DNA of 64,000 nucleotides from Escherichia coli (GTDB lineage Bacteria; Pseudomonadota; Gammaproteobacteria; Enterobacterales; Enterobacteriaceae): NCBI RefSeq assembly GCF_003790525.1, contig NZ_CP033635.1; one strand, 5' to 3'. Shown piece by piece: positions 28,673 to 39,366 of this stretch (position 1 is its first letter; each line of letters starts with the position of its first letter). The notes under the pieces were generated by a model. It saw only the letters and a program-made list of their open reading frames with translations, ran no database searches and was not told where the DNA came from. The position numbers and the translations under genes were made by a program.

Positions 28673-29458
28673 ATGTCAGATACCACACTCTCCCGCCCGG
28701 AGGTGGTCAGCGGGCATACGGACGTTATCTGTTCCACCTCAGTCTGCCACATTCTGGCTGTACGAAAGAGTACACTGTTGCCAATCGACACACTTATCCG
28801 GCAACTGGCTAAAATCTCAATTCTGACGGAAAGTATTGGAGGTAAAACCGCCCCGGACTGGGCCATGAAACAGGATTTTCGCTGTGGCTGCTGGCTGAAG
28901 GAGAAACAGGAAACCGCAATGAAAGCCATTACCCGCAACCTTGACCGTGAAATCTGGCGTGACCTGATGCAACGTTCAGGGATGCTTTCCTTAATGGATG
29001 CACAGGCCCGTGATACATGGTACCGCTCACTGGAGTACGATAATTTTCAGGAAATCAGCGAAGCGAACATTCTGAGCACATTTGAACAAGTGCACCAGAA
29101 CAAGGATGAGGTGTTTAAGCGGGGAGTGATTAACGTCTTCAGGGAACTGAGCTGGAATTATAAAACCAACTCTCCCTGTAAATTTGGAAGTAAAATCATT
29201 ATCAACAATCTGGTGAGATGGGACCGGTGGGGATTTCATCTTATCACCGGACAACAGACTGACCGACTCGCCGACCTGGAAAGAATGCTACATCTGTTCA
29301 GCGGCACCCCCATCCCCGGCAACGGGAAAAACATAACCATTCATCAGGATGGCACATCCAGTCTGTTCAGGGTAAAGAGTGCTATGAAGATGAGATGTTC
29401 AGTATCAGATACTTTAAGAAGGGCTCCGCGCATATCACGTTTAAACATCCGGAACTAA
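28673..29458 (+). CDS. hypothetical protein at the right end of the island
   Basis: 261-aa ORF with AAGGA ~12 nt upstream of ATG 28673; separately transcribed (follows a terminator); last island gene before ynjB. Confidence 0.5.
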   Translation: MSDTTLSRPEVVSGHTDVICSTSVCHILAVRKSTLLPIDTLIRQLAKISILTESIGGKTAPDWAMKQDFRCGCWLKEKQETAMKAITRNLDREIWRDLMQRSGMLSLMDAQARDTWYRSLEYDNFQEISEANILSTFEQVHQNKDEVFKRGVINVFRELSWNYKTNSPCKFGSKIIINNLVRWDRWGFHLITGQQTDRLADLERMLHLFSGTPIPGNGKNITIHQDGTSSLFRVKSAMKMRCSVSDTLRRAPRISRLNIRN

Positions 29459-29685
29459 TGGAAAGCTGAACTGGTAATTTCTAAGTATCTGCCCTCTAAT
29501 TCGATTTCGTAATACAGAACATCGAGTCAAACAGAATAATGGAGGAAGACAGAAAAAAGAGGAAAAATAGCACCAGAAGAATTCGAACTGCGCAAGGGGC
29601 CTTATTGGTGGCCCCTAAAAAACACAAACAAAACAACAAATGAAAAAACAATAGATTATACATCTAGTTTTATTCCTAAGGAGAG

Positions 29686-30855
29686 ATGATGCGCCATTGT
29701 GGGTGGTTGCTGGGATTGTTATCGCTGTTTTCTTTGGCAACACATGCCAGTGACTGGCAGGAAATAAAAAATGAGGCCAAAGGACAAACCGTCTGGTTTA
29801 ACGCCTGGGGCGGCGATACCGCAATTAACCGCTATCTCGACTGGGTTAGCGGCGAGATGAAAACCTATTACGCTATAAACCTGAAGATTGTTCGTCTGGC
29901 GGATGCCGCAGACGCGGTAAAGCGCATTCAGACCGAAGCTGTTGCCGGACGTAAAACGGGCGGCTCGGTGGATCTGCTCTGGGTGAACGGCGAAAACTTC
30001 CGCACCTTAAAAGAGGCCAATTTATTACAAACGGGCTGGGCGGAGACTCTGCCCAACTGGCGCTATGTCGACACACAGCTGCCGGTGCGGGAAGATTTTT
30101 CAGTGCCTACAGAAGGGGCTGAATCGCCCTGGGGGGGCGCGCAACTGACGTTTATCGCCCGCCGCGATGTTACGCCGCAGCCACCACAAACGCCGCAAGC
30201 CTTACTGGAGTTTGCTAAAGCCAATCCCGGCACGGTTACCTATCCGCGCCCACCGGACTTTACCGGCACGGCGTTTCTTGAACAGTTGCTGATTATGCTA
30301 ACGCCAGATCCCACAGCATTAAAAGAAGCGCCGGACGATGCGACTTTCGCCCGCGTCACTGCGCCCTTGTGGCAATATCTTGATGCACTGCATCCGTATT
30401 TGTGGCGCGAAGGAAAGGATTTCCCGCCTTCGCCCGCGCGGATGGATGCTCTGCTGAAAGCTAACACATTGCGCCTGTCGCTGACCTTTAACCCTGCACA
30501 TGCGCAGCAAAAAATCGCCAGCGGCGATTTGCCTGCAAGCAGTTACAGTTTTGGTTTTCGCGAGGGGATGATTGGCAACGTCCATTTCCTCACCATTCCT
30601 GCCAACGCGAATGCCAGTGCTGCGGCGAAGGTAGTTGCCAATTTCTTGCTCTCACCCGATGCGCAACTGCGTAAAGCAGATCCCGCTGTCTGGGGCGATC
30701 CTTCTGTTCTCGATCCGCAAAAACTGCCTGACGGGCAGCGCGAAACATTGCAATCGAGAATGCCGCAGGATCTGCCGCCGGTACTGGCTGAACCGCACGC
30801 AGGTTGGGTAAATGCGCTGGAACAAGAATGGCTACACCGTTACGGTACGCATTAA
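29686..30855 (+). CDS. ynjB: ABC transporter periplasmic substrate-binding protein YnjB
   Basis: 389-aa ORF with signal peptide; recognised as E. coli YnjB; start of the ynjBCD-ynjE backbone block. Confidence 0.85.
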   Translation: MMRHCGWLLGLLSLFSLATHASDWQEIKNEAKGQTVWFNAWGGDTAINRYLDWVSGEMKTYYAINLKIVRLADAADAVKRIQTEAVAGRKTGGSVDLLWVNGENFRTLKEANLLQTGWAETLPNWRYVDTQLPVREDFSVPTEGAESPWGGAQLTFIARRDVTPQPPQTPQALLEFAKANPGTVTYPRPPDFTGTAFLEQLLIMLTPDPTALKEAPDDATFARVTAPLWQYLDALHPYLWREGKDFPPSPARMDALLKANTLRLSLTFNPAHAQQKIASGDLPASSYSFGFREGMIGNVHFLTIPANANASAAAKVVANFLLSPDAQLRKADPAVWGDPSVLDPQKLPDGQRETLQSRMPQDLPPVLAEPHAGWVNALEQEWLHRYGTH

Positions 30856-32363
30856 TCTTTTTGCTGTGGGCGATGGTGGCGGTGATTTATGCACCGCTGA
30901 TCCCGGCAACTCTCACGCTGATATCGCCTGCTTTGTCGTTGACACACTGGCAGGCGTTATTTGCCGATCCACAGTTACCGCAGGCATTACTGGCAACGCT
31001 GGTGTCGACAACCATCGCGGCGGTCGGGGCGTTGTTGATTGCCTTGCTGGTGATTGTGGCGCTGTGGCCTGGGCCGAAATGGCAGCGTATGTGCGCCCGT
31101 CTGCCGTGGCTGCTCGCCATTCCCCATGTGGCTTTTGCCTCCAGCGCCCTTCTGCTCTTTGCTGACGGAGGGCTGCTTTATGACTATTTCCCATATTTCA
31201 CTCCGCCAATGGACAAATTGGGTATTGGGCTGGGCCTCACCCTGGCGGTGAAAGAAAGCGCATTTCTGCTGTGGATCTTAGCGGCAGTATTGAGCGAAAA
31301 ACGGCTGTTGCAGCAACTCATTGTGCTGGATTCGCTGGGCTACAGCCGCTGGCAATGCCTGAACTGGCTGTTGTTGCCCTCCGTCGCACCTGCACTGGCA
31401 ATGGCGATGCTGGCGATTGTCGCCTGGTCGCTGTCGGTCGTGGATGTGGCGATTATTCTTGGGCCAGGTAATCCCCCGACGCTGGCGGTAATTAGCTGGC
31501 AGTGGTTAACTCAGGGCGACGCCGATCAACAAACGAAAGGCGCACTCGCCAGCCTGCTGCTGCTGCTGTTACTCGCCGCCTACGTTTTGCTGGGCTATCT
31601 GCTATGGCGTAACTGGCGGCGTACTATTCCCCGCGTAGATGGCGTTCGTAAGCCTGCCACACCTTTACTACCAGGCATTACGCTGGCGATTTTTTTACCC
31701 TTGACCGGTGTGCTGTGTGTGGTTCTGCTGGCGATCCTCGCGGATCAGTCGACGATCAATAGTGAAGCGCTCATCAACAGCCTGACAATGGGGCTGGTGG
31801 CGACATTCATCGCTTTGCTCCTGTTACTGCTGTGGCTGGAATGGGGGCTACAACGCCGCCGGTTGTGGCTATGGTTGCCCATTTTATTACCCGCTCTGCC
31901 ACTGGTGGCGGGCCAGTACACGCTGGCGCTATGGCTGAACCTGGATGGAAGCTGGACGGCGGTGGTCTGGGGGCATCTGCTGTGGGTAGTGCCGTGGATG
32001 CTGTTTATCCTGCAACCCGCCTGGCAGCGCATTGATTCACGGTTAATTTTGATTGCGCAAACACTGGGCTGGTCGCGGTCCAAAATCTTCTTTTACGTGA
32101 AATGTCCGCTTATGCTACGCCCTACGCTGATTGCCTTCGCGGTGGGATTTTCAGTCAGTATTGCGCAGTTTATGCCGACGCTGTGGCTGGGCGCGGGGCG
32201 TTTTCCGACGCTCACCACTGAGGCGGTGGCATTAAGCAGCGGCGGCAGCAACGGTATTCTTGCCGCCCAGGCTTTATGGCAACTGCTATTACCGCTTATT
32301 ATTTTTGCCCTGACCGCGTTAGTCGCAAAATGGGTAGGTTATGTCAGACAAGGACTCCGCTAA
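30828..32363 (+). CDS. ynjC: ABC transporter permease YnjC
   Basis: Polytopic membrane protein starting MATPLRYALIFLLWAMVAVIYAPL (start taken at the internal ATG of the track ORF to match the expected 511 aa); overlaps the ynjB 3' end. Confidence 0.85.
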   Translation: MATPLRYALIFLLWAMVAVIYAPLIPATLTLISPALSLTHWQALFADPQLPQALLATLVSTTIAAVGALLIALLVIVALWPGPKWQRMCARLPWLLAIPHVAFASSALLLFADGGLLYDYFPYFTPPMDKLGIGLGLTLAVKESAFLLWILAAVLSEKRLLQQLIVLDSLGYSRWQCLNWLLLPSVAPALAMAMLAIVAWSLSVVDVAIILGPGNPPTLAVISWQWLTQGDADQQTKGALASLLLLLLLAAYVLLGYLLWRNWRRTIPRVDGVRKPATPLLPGITLAIFLPLTGVLCVVLLAILADQSTINSEALINSLTMGLVATFIALLLLLLWLEWGLQRRRLWLWLPILLPALPLVAGQYTLALWLNLDGSWTAVVWGHLLWVVPWMLFILQPAWQRIDSRLILIAQTLGWSRSKIFFYVKCPLMLRPTLIAFAVGFSVSIAQFMPTLWLGAGRFPTLTTEAVALSSGGSNGILAAQALWQLLLPLIIFALTALVAKWVGYVRQGLR

Positions 32364-33016
32364 TGCTCTGCGTGAAAGATGTTTCGCTACGTTTACCAGA
32401 AAGCCGCTTGCTGACAAACGTTAACTTTACGGTGGATAAAGGTGACATTGTCACGTTAATGGGGCCGTCTGGCTGTGGAAAATCCACTCTGTTTTCATGG
32501 ATGATTGGTGCGCTGGCCGGACAGTTTTCTTGTACAGGGGAGCTATGGCTTAATGAGCAACGGATTGACATGCTACCCACCGCACAGCGTCAGATTGGCA
32601 TTCTTTTCCAGGATGCACTGTTATTTGATCAGTTCAGCGTCGGGCAAAATTTACTGCTGGCGCTACCGGCGACACTTAAGGGTAATGCCCGACGTAATGC
32701 CGTGAATGATGCACTTGAGCGTTCAGGCCTTGACGGAGCTTTCCATCAGGATCCTGCCACTTTGTCTGGCGGTCAGCGAGCGCGCGTTGCTCTGCTACGC
32801 GCCCTTCTCGCTCAGCCAAAAGCGTTGCTACTGGATGAGCCATTCAGCCGTCTTGATGTGGCCCTGCGCGATAATTTTCGCCATTGGGTGTTCAGCGAAG
32901 TTCGCGCCCAGGCGATCCCCGTCGTTCAGGTAACGCACGATCTCCAGGATGTTCCTGCTGATAGTTCTGTTCTGGATATGGCGCAGTGGTCAGAAAATTA
33001 CAACAAACTGCGATAA
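32363..33016 (+). CDS. ynjD: ABC transporter ATP-binding protein YnjD
   Basis: Start at the ATG overlapping the ynjC TAA (TAATG); Walker A GPSGCGKST and ABC signature LSGGQRAR present; 217 aa. Confidence 0.85.
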   Translation: MLCVKDVSLRLPESRLLTNVNFTVDKGDIVTLMGPSGCGKSTLFSWMIGALAGQFSCTGELWLNEQRIDMLPTAQRQIGILFQDALLFDQFSVGQNLLLALPATLKGNARRNAVNDALERSGLDGAFHQDPATLSGGQRARVALLRALLAQPKALLLDEPFSRLDVALRDNFRHWVFSEVRAQAIPVVQVTHDLQDVPADSSVLDMAQWSENYNKLR

Positions 33017-33082
33017 CGCAAAGTTTTTCTCAATGCGTCAGTTCAGAATGGCGCACTCAAAACTACAATGTCGGGATTTTCG

Positions 33083-34390
33083 ATGAAACGTGTTTCTCAA
33101 ATGACCGCGCTGGCAATGGCTTTAGGGCTGGCTTGCGCTTCTTCGTGGGCCGCTGAACTGGCGAAGCCTCTTACACTTGACCAGCTTCAACAACAAAATG
33201 GCAAAGCGATAGATACTCGCCCCAGCGCGTTTTATAACGGCTGGCCACAAACCTTAAATGGCCCTTCTGGTCATGAACCTGCCGCCTTAAACCTCTCTGC
33301 CAGCTGGCTCGACAAAATGAGCACCGAACAGCTCAACGCGTGGATCAAGCAACATAACCTGAAAGCCGATGCTCCGGTGGCGCTGTACGGTAATGACAAA
33401 GATGTCGACGCCGTCAAAACGCGACTGCAAAAAGCAGGTTTTACGCATATCTCCATTCTGAGTGACGCGCTAAGCGAACCTTCCCGTCTGCAAAAACTGC
33501 CGCATTTTGAGCAGCTGGTTTATCCGCAATGGCTGCACGACCTGCAACAAGGTAAAGAGGTTACGGCGAAACCTGCCGGTGACTGGAAAGTCATTGAAGC
33601 GGCCTGGGGCGCTCCTAAGCTTTACCTTATCAGCCATATTCCCGGCGCTGACTACATCGATACCAACGAAGTGGAAAGCGAACCGCTGTGGAACAAAGTT
33701 TCTGATGAACAACTGAAAGCGATGCTGGCAAAACACGGCATTCGCCATGACACCACGGTCATTCTGTACGGGCGTGACGTATACGCTGCAGCGCGTGTGG
33801 CACAAATTATGCTCTACGCTGGCGTGAAAGATGTCCGCCTGCTGGACGGCGGCTGGCAAACCTGGTCCGACGCGGGACTGCCCGTTGAGCGCGGAACGCC
33901 ACCGAAAGTGAAAACGGAACCGGATTTCGGCGTGAAGATCCCGGCACAACCGCAACTGATGCTTGATATGGAACAGGCGCGTGGACTGCTGCATCGCCAG
34001 GACGCCTCGCTGGTGAGTATTCGTTCGTGGCCGGAGTTTATCGGTACGACCAGTGGTTACAGCTATATTAAACCAAAAGGTGAAATAGCCGGAGCACGTT
34101 GGGGACACGCTGGTAGCGACTCGACGCATATGGAAGATTTCCATAACCCGGATGGCACCATGCGCAGCGCCGATGATATTACGGCTATGTGGAAAGCATG
34201 GAATATCAGACCAGATCAGCAAGTTTCATTCTACTGCGGCACCGGCTGGCGCGCGTCCGAAACCTTTATGTACGCACGAGCAATGGGCTGGAATAACGTC
34301 TCCGTTTACGACGGCGGCTGGTACGAATGGAGCAGCGATCCAAAAAATCCGGTAGCAACCGGTGAACGCGGCCCGGACAGCAGCAAATAA
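33083..34390 (+). CDS. ynjE: periplasmic rhodanese-domain sulfurtransferase YnjE
   Basis: Starts MKRVSQMTALAMALGLACASSWA (signal peptide); rhodanese domains with active-site CGTGWR. Confidence 0.85.
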   Translation: MKRVSQMTALAMALGLACASSWAAELAKPLTLDQLQQQNGKAIDTRPSAFYNGWPQTLNGPSGHEPAALNLSASWLDKMSTEQLNAWIKQHNLKADAPVALYGNDKDVDAVKTRLQKAGFTHISILSDALSEPSRLQKLPHFEQLVYPQWLHDLQQGKEVTAKPAGDWKVIEAAWGAPKLYLISHIPGADYIDTNEVESEPLWNKVSDEQLKAMLAKHGIRHDTTVILYGRDVYAAARVAQIMLYAGVKDVRLLDGGWQTWSDAGLPVERGTPPKVKTEPDFGVKIPAQPQLMLDMEQARGLLHRQDASLVSIRSWPEFIGTTSGYSYIKPKGEIAGARWGHAGSDSTHMEDFHNPDGTMRSADDITAMWKAWNIRPDQQVSFYCGTGWRASETFMYARAMGWNNVSVYDGGWYEWSSDPKNPVATGERGPDSSK

Positions 34391-34398
34391 CATTGCAA

Positions 34399-35025
34399 TT
34401 ACTGACGCTGGAGCGACTTCAGCGTCAGATACCCACTCCACACCCGCGTAAAGGTCGTCATCCAGCACAACGCACCAAATACCCACGCAAACCACGGAAA
34501 ACAGGCCGGAAAGAGGCAACTCAGAACAAACAGCAAAATCGTCTCGCTGCCTTCGGTTAACCCGCCCAGATAATAAAACGATTTATGCGCATAACCAGGA
34601 TTATCAATCTGATGTTTCGCCGCCAGCGCAGCAAAAGCGAGAAAACTGCTGCCCGTGCCGATAAACGCAAACAGCAGCCAGCCGCCTGCCAGCGCATTTT
34701 GCTCCGGTGCAGCAAGAATAAAACCAAACGGCACCAGCGCGTAAAAGAGAAAATCGAGAGAAATATCGAGAAAGCCGCCCGCGTCGGTAAGCCCTCTGCG
34801 CCGCGCCAGCGCACCGTCCAGACCATCAAGCAGCCTGTTCAACAAAATGGCGACTAGCGCCGCCAGATACCAGCCCAGCGCCAGAAAAGGCAGTGCCAGC
34901 ACGCCGATGGCAAATCCCACTAATGTTAAACCATCTGGCGTAATGCCCGGTTTATCAAGAACCCGCACGCACTGATGCAACAACGGTTTAATCCGGGGAT
35001 GAAGATGGCGGTCTAGCACAGGCAC
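34399..35025 (-). CDS. ynjF: CDP-alcohol phosphatidyltransferase-family membrane protein YnjF
   Basis: 208-aa hydrophobic ORF with the D-G-x2-A-R...G...D motif region (LDGLDGALARRRGLTDAGGFLD). Confidence 0.8.
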   Translation of the reverse strand: MPVLDRHLHPRIKPLLHQCVRVLDKPGITPDGLTLVGFAIGVLALPFLALGWYLAALVAILLNRLLDGLDGALARRRGLTDAGGFLDISLDFLFYALVPFGFILAAPEQNALAGGWLLFAFIGTGSSFLAFAALAAKHQIDNPGYAHKSFYYLGGLTEGSETILLFVLSCLFPACFPWFAWVFGALCWMTTFTRVWSGYLTLKSLQRQ

Positions 35026-35105
35026 TCCTTAAATATAAAGCCTTTCTGATTGAGCAACAGTGCGGATATTATGGCATTTTTCGCTTATCTGCCCGTGTGT
35101 AATTT

Positions 35106-35513
35106 ATGAAAATGATTGAAGTTGTTGCCGCCATCATCGAACGTGATGGCAAAATTTTACTCGCGCAACGCCCCGCCCATAGCGATCAGGCGGGATTATG
35201 GGAGTTTGCCGGTGGTAAAGTCGAGCCGGATGAAAGCCAGCGGCAGGCGCTGGTGCGTGAGTTACGCGAAGAACTGGGCATCGAAGCAGCTGTGGGTGAA
35301 TATGTTGCCAGCCATCAGCGAGAAGTTTCGGGGCGGATTATCCATCTTCATGCCTGGCACGTACCCGACTTCCACGGGACGTTACAGGCACATGAACATC
35401 AGGCGCTGGTCTGGTGCTCACCTGAAGAGGCGCTGCAATATCCGCTGGCCCCTGCTGACATTCCACTATTAGAGGCGTTTATGGCTTTACGCGCCGCCAG
35501 ACCAGCGGATTAG
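35106..35513 (+). CDS. nudG: Nudix hydrolase NudG
   Basis: 135-aa ORF with Nudix box (GGKVEPDESQRQALVRELREELGIEA). Confidence 0.85.
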   Translation: MKMIEVVAAIIERDGKILLAQRPAHSDQAGLWEFAGGKVEPDESQRQALVRELREELGIEAAVGEYVASHQREVSGRIIHLHAWHVPDFHGTLQAHEHQALVWCSPEEALQYPLAPADIPLLEAFMALRAARPAD

Positions 35514-35751
35514 TGCTAAGGGTTTTGTCATCACGCTGGCATTGCAGCAGTATTCCTTCGGCTTTAATTACCGCCCCTTCAGAATAATTTTGATCCTGAT
35601 AAACGCAGCACTGAGTACAGGGCTGCGCTGACTGCCCGCCTGAACTGAACACTTCTGGCGGTACGTTTACCTCCACGTCCGGATGATAATGCGGGTTAGC
35701 CAGTGCAATTAATGGAAATGCTAATACTACGGCGAACAATGCTCGACTCAC
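35479..35751 (-). CDS. ynjH: small secreted protein YnjH
   Basis: 90-aa ORF with signal peptide, convergent with nudG and overlapping its 3' end. Confidence 0.7.
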   Translation of the reverse strand: MSRALFAVVLAFPLIALANPHYHPDVEVNVPPEVFSSGGQSAQPCTQCCVYQDQNYSEGAVIKAEGILLQCQRDDKTLSTNPLVWRRVKP

Positions 35752-35986
35752 AGGGAACTCCTTAACGTTATTGTCTCTGCTACTGATAACGGTAGCCGGG
35801 TGGCAAAACTTTAGCGTCTGAGTTATCGCATTTGGTTATGAGATTACTCTCGTTATTAATTTGCTTTCCTGGGTCATTTTTTTCTTGCTTACCGTCACAT
35901 TCTTGATGGTATAGTCGAAAACTGCAAAAGCACATGACATAAACAACATAAGCACAATCGTATTAATATATAAGGGTTTTATATCT

Positions 35987-37330
35987 ATGGATCAGACATA
36001 TTCTCTGGAGTCATTCCTCAACCATGTCCAAAAGCGCGACCCGAATCAAACCGAGTTCGCGCAAGCCGTTCGTGAAGTAATGACCACACTCTGGCCTTTT
36101 CTTGAACAAAATCCAAAATATCGCCAGATGTCATTACTGGAGCGTCTGGTTGAACCGGAGCGCGTGATCCAGTTTCGCGTGGTATGGGTTGATGATCGCA
36201 ACCAGGTACAGGTCAACCGTGCATGGCGTGTGCAGTTCAGTTCTGCCATCGGCCCGTACAAAGGCGGTATGCGCTTCCATCCGTCAGTTAACCTTTCCAT
36301 TCTCAAATTCCTCGGCTTCGAACAAACCTTCAAAAATGCCCTGACTACTCTGCCGATGGGCGGTGGTAAAGGCGGCAGCGATTTCGATCCGAAAGGAAAA
36401 AGCGAAGGTGAAGTGATGCGTTTTTGCCAGGCGCTGATGACTGAACTGTATCGCCACCTGGGCGCGGATACCGACGTTCCGGCAGGTGATATCGGGGTTG
36501 GTGGTCGTGAAGTCGGCTTTATGGCGGGGATGATGAAAAAGCTCTCCAACAATACCGCCTGCGTCTTCACCGGTAAGGGCCTTTCATTTGGCGGCAGTCT
36601 TATTCGCCCGGAAGCTACCGGATACGGTCTGGTTTATTTCACAGAAGCAATGCTAAAACGCCACGGTATGGGTTTTGAAGGAATGCGCGTTTCCGTTTCT
36701 GGCTCCGGCAACGTCGCCCAGTACGCTATCGAAAAAGCGATGGAATTTGGTGCTCGTGTGATCACTGCGTCAGACTCCAGTGGCACTGTAGTTGATGAAA
36801 GCGGATTCACGAAAGAGAAACTGGCACGTCTTATCGAAATCAAAGCCAGCCGCGATGGTCGAGTGGCAGATTACGCCAAAGAATTTGGTCTGGTCTATCT
36901 CGAAGGCCAACAACCGTGGTCTGTACCGGTTGATATCGCCCTGCCTTGCGCCACCCAGAACGAACTGGATGTTGACGCCGCGCATCAGCTTATCGCCAAT
37001 GGCGTTAAAGCCGTCGCCGAAGGGGCAAATATGCCGACCACCATCGAAGCGACTGAACTGTTCCAACAGGCAGGCGTACTGTTTGCACCGGGTAAAGCGG
37101 CTAATGCTGGCGGTGTAGCAACATCGGGCCTGGAAATGGCGCAAAACGCTGCGCGCCTGGGCTGGAAAGCCGAGAAAGTTGACGCACGTTTGCATCACAT
37201 CATGCTGGATATCCACCATGCCTGTGTTGAGCATGGTGGTGAAGGTGAGCAAACCAACTACGTGCAGGGCGCGAACATTGCCGGTTTTGTGAAGGTTGCG
37301 GATGCGATGTTAAGCCAGGGCGTGATTTAA
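35987..37330 (+). CDS. gdhA: NADP-specific glutamate dehydrogenase
   Basis: 447-aa ORF starting MDQTYSLESFLNHVQKRDPNQTEFAQAVREV; Glu/Leu/Phe/Val dehydrogenase motifs. Confidence 0.95.
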   Translation: MDQTYSLESFLNHVQKRDPNQTEFAQAVREVMTTLWPFLEQNPKYRQMSLLERLVEPERVIQFRVVWVDDRNQVQVNRAWRVQFSSAIGPYKGGMRFHPSVNLSILKFLGFEQTFKNALTTLPMGGGKGGSDFDPKGKSEGEVMRFCQALMTELYRHLGADTDVPAGDIGVGGREVGFMAGMMKKLSNNTACVFTGKGLSFGGSLIRPEATGYGLVYFTEAMLKRHGMGFEGMRVSVSGSGNVAQYAIEKAMEFGARVITASDSSGTVVDESGFTKEKLARLIEIKASRDGRVADYAKEFGLVYLEGQQPWSVPVDIALPCATQNELDVDAAHQLIANGVKAVAEGANMPTTIEATELFQQAGVLFAPGKAANAGGVATSGLEMAQNAARLGWKAEKVDARLHHIMLDIHHACVEHGGEGEQTNYVQGANIAGFVKVADAMLSQGVI

Positions 37331-37338
37331 GACAATTG

Positions 37339-37371
37339 TGCCGGATACAGCGCAAACGCCTTATCCGGCCA
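37339..37371. repeat. REP (repetitive extragenic palindromic) element
   Basis: gccggatacagcgcaaacgccttatccggcc matches the enterobacterial REP consensus; sits in the 76-bp gdhA-topB spacer. Confidence 0.55.
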
Positions 37372-37406
37372 TAAAAATCTTCAGTATCAGATGGTTGAAA
37401 GAACCT

Positions 37407-39362
37407 TTATATTATCACTCCATTGCCCGCCTCTTCTGATGACGGGCTTTTTTTCGGCGCTCTCTTGCGTGGCGAATCCTTTTTCTTCCCTTCTCCACCG
37501 CCGGGAGCCATTATTCCCCGAAACTGCCTTACCGACGTGCGCTTTGCCTGATCAATCAACTGGTACAATGTCCCCACCAGCGGCTGCATAAAGTCCTGAT
37601 AGCGACACTGCTTTTCACTGATTTGCGTCAGCACCGATTCCCAGTGCGCGGTCATGTCCGGTCGCGTCGCCATTTCTGGCAGCGAATGGAATAGCGCTTT
37701 TCCGGCGTCGGTGGAGTGGATATAGCGCCCTTTTTTGGTCAGGAAACCACGCTTGAACAACAGTTCAATAATCCCGGCACGGGTTGCTTCTGTCCCCAGA
37801 CCATCGGTCGCACGAAGGATCTTTTTCAGATCTTTGTCCTGCACAAAGCGTGCGATCCCGGTCATCGCCGAAAGCAGTGTTGCATCGGTAAAATGGCGCG
37901 GCGGCTGGGTTTGCCGCTCTACCACTTCACCTTTTTCGCACAACAATTCATCGCCTTTCGCCACCACAGGCAGCGGCATGCCGTCGTTTTCTTCATCGCG
38001 CTCTTTGCTGCCTAACAGCGTGCGCCAGCCTGCTTCAGCAAGAAAACGGGCTTTAGCGACAAATTTGCCTTTGGCAATGTCCAGTTCGATAACACACTTG
38101 CGGAACACCGCATCCGGGCAGAACTGCATCAAGTACTGACGGGCAATCAGGTTATAGACCTTCGCTTCGTTCTCCGTCAGGTTGATCGCAGAACTCCGTG
38201 CGGTCGGAATGATGGCGTGGTGCGCATCGACCTTTTTGTCATCCCAACAGCGGTTGCGTATATCTGGATCTACCACTGGCTGCGGCAACAGATCCGGTGC
38301 ATGAACGCTGATAGCATTCATCACCGCGTGGCGTCCGGCAAAATGTTCTTCTGGCAAATAGCGGCAATCGGAACGCGGATAAGTGATTAGCTTGTGCGTT
38401 TCGTACAGCTTCTGGCAGATATCAAGCACGTTCTGCGCGCTCAGACCAAAACGTTTAGCCGCTTCAATCTGCAACGCCGAAAGCGAAAAAGGAAGCGGCG
38501 CGGATTCTGATTCCCGTTTATCGTTATAGCTGGTGACAATAGCTGGTTGACCACTAATGCGGTTAACCACATGCTCCGCCAGTGGACGATGTAACAAGCG
38601 CCCTTCTTCATCCTGGTACGGTTCACACGCTTCGCTCGGTTGCCAGATAGCGGTAAACCGCTCATCGGCAGGTGTCACGATATGTGCTTTGACTTCAAAG
38701 AAATCTTTCGCCACGAAGTTTTCAATCTCTTCGTCGCGGCGCACCACCAGTCCGAGTACGGGCGTCTGCACGCGTCCCACGGAAAGTACGCCCTGATAAC
38801 CGGCATTGCGACCGAGAATGGTGTAAGCGCGGGTCATATTGATGCCGTACAGCCAGTCAGCTCGGGCTCGCGCCAGTGCAGAAACGCACAGCGGTACAAA
38901 CTCGCTATTGGAGCGAAGACGATCGATCGCCCGCTCAACCGCCTGCGGGTTCAGGTCGTTTATCAAACAACGCTGTACCTGCTGGCGCTTTTCCGGTGCC
39001 AGTTGCAGGTAGTCCAGCACTTCATCCACCAGCAGTTGCCCTTCGCGATCCGGGTCTCCGGCGTGAACGATTTCGCTGGCTTCATGCAGGAAGCGTTTGA
39101 TGACATTAAGTTGTTTAGTCACGGAGGGTCGGGGCTGTAATTGCCACTTTTCCGGGACAATTGGCAAATCCGCAAGATTCCAGCGCGCATAGCGGCTGTC
39201 GTAGGCGTCTGGCTGCGCCTGCTCAAGCAGGTGACCGATACACCAGGTCACCACCTGACCATTACCGCACTCGATAAAGCCATCGCCTTTCCGGTGCGGT
39301 TTAGGCAGGACATCAGCAATGGCGCGCGCCAGACTCGGTTTTTCGGCAATAAACAACCGCAT
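37407..39362 (-). CDS. topB: DNA topoisomerase III
   Basis: Start at [19 protein letters not shown] (internal ATG of the track ORF); Toprim and topoisomerase IA domains recognisable. Confidence 0.9.
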   Translation of the reverse strand: MRLFIAEKPSLARAIADVLPKPHRKGDGFIECGNGQVVTWCIGHLLEQAQPDAYDSRYARWNLADLPIVPEKWQLQPRPSVTKQLNVIKRFLHEASEIVHAGDPDREGQLLVDEVLDYLQLAPEKRQQVQRCLINDLNPQAVERAIDRLRSNSEFVPLCVSALARARADWLYGINMTRAYTILGRNAGYQGVLSVGRVQTPVLGLVVRRDEEIENFVAKDFFEVKAHIVTPADERFTAIWQPSEACEPYQDEEGRLLHRPLAEHVVNRISGQPAIVTSYNDKRESESAPLPFSLSALQIEAAKRFGLSAQNVLDICQKLYETHKLITYPRSDCRYLPEEHFAGRHAVMNAISVHAPDLLPQPVVDPDIRNRCWDDKKVDAHHAIIPTARSSAINLTENEAKVYNLIARQYLMQFCPDAVFRKCVIELDIAKGKFVAKARFLAEAGWRTLLGSKERDEENDGMPLPVVAKGDELLCEKGEVVERQTQPPRHFTDATLLSAMTGIARFVQDKDLKKILRATDGLGTEATRAGIIELLFKRGFLTKKGRYIHSTDAGKALFHSLPEMATRPDMTAHWESVLTQISEKQCRYQDFMQPLVGTLYQLIDQAKRTSVRQFRGIMAPGGGEGKKKDSPRKRAPKKSPSSEEAGNGVII

Positions 39363-39366
39363 TGAA

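Noticed and set aside
29575-29620. tRNA-like T-loop motif (ttcgaa) and CCA-like end near the island boundary, which could have marked a tRNA integration site
   Set aside because: The 5 nt flanking the putative T-loop do not pair and no acceptor stem can be built; it is a simple hairpin, not a tRNA fragment.
33470-34222. 250-aa minus-strand ORF
   Set aside because: Antisense to ynjE, which has a clear signal peptide and rhodanese active-site motif on the + strand.
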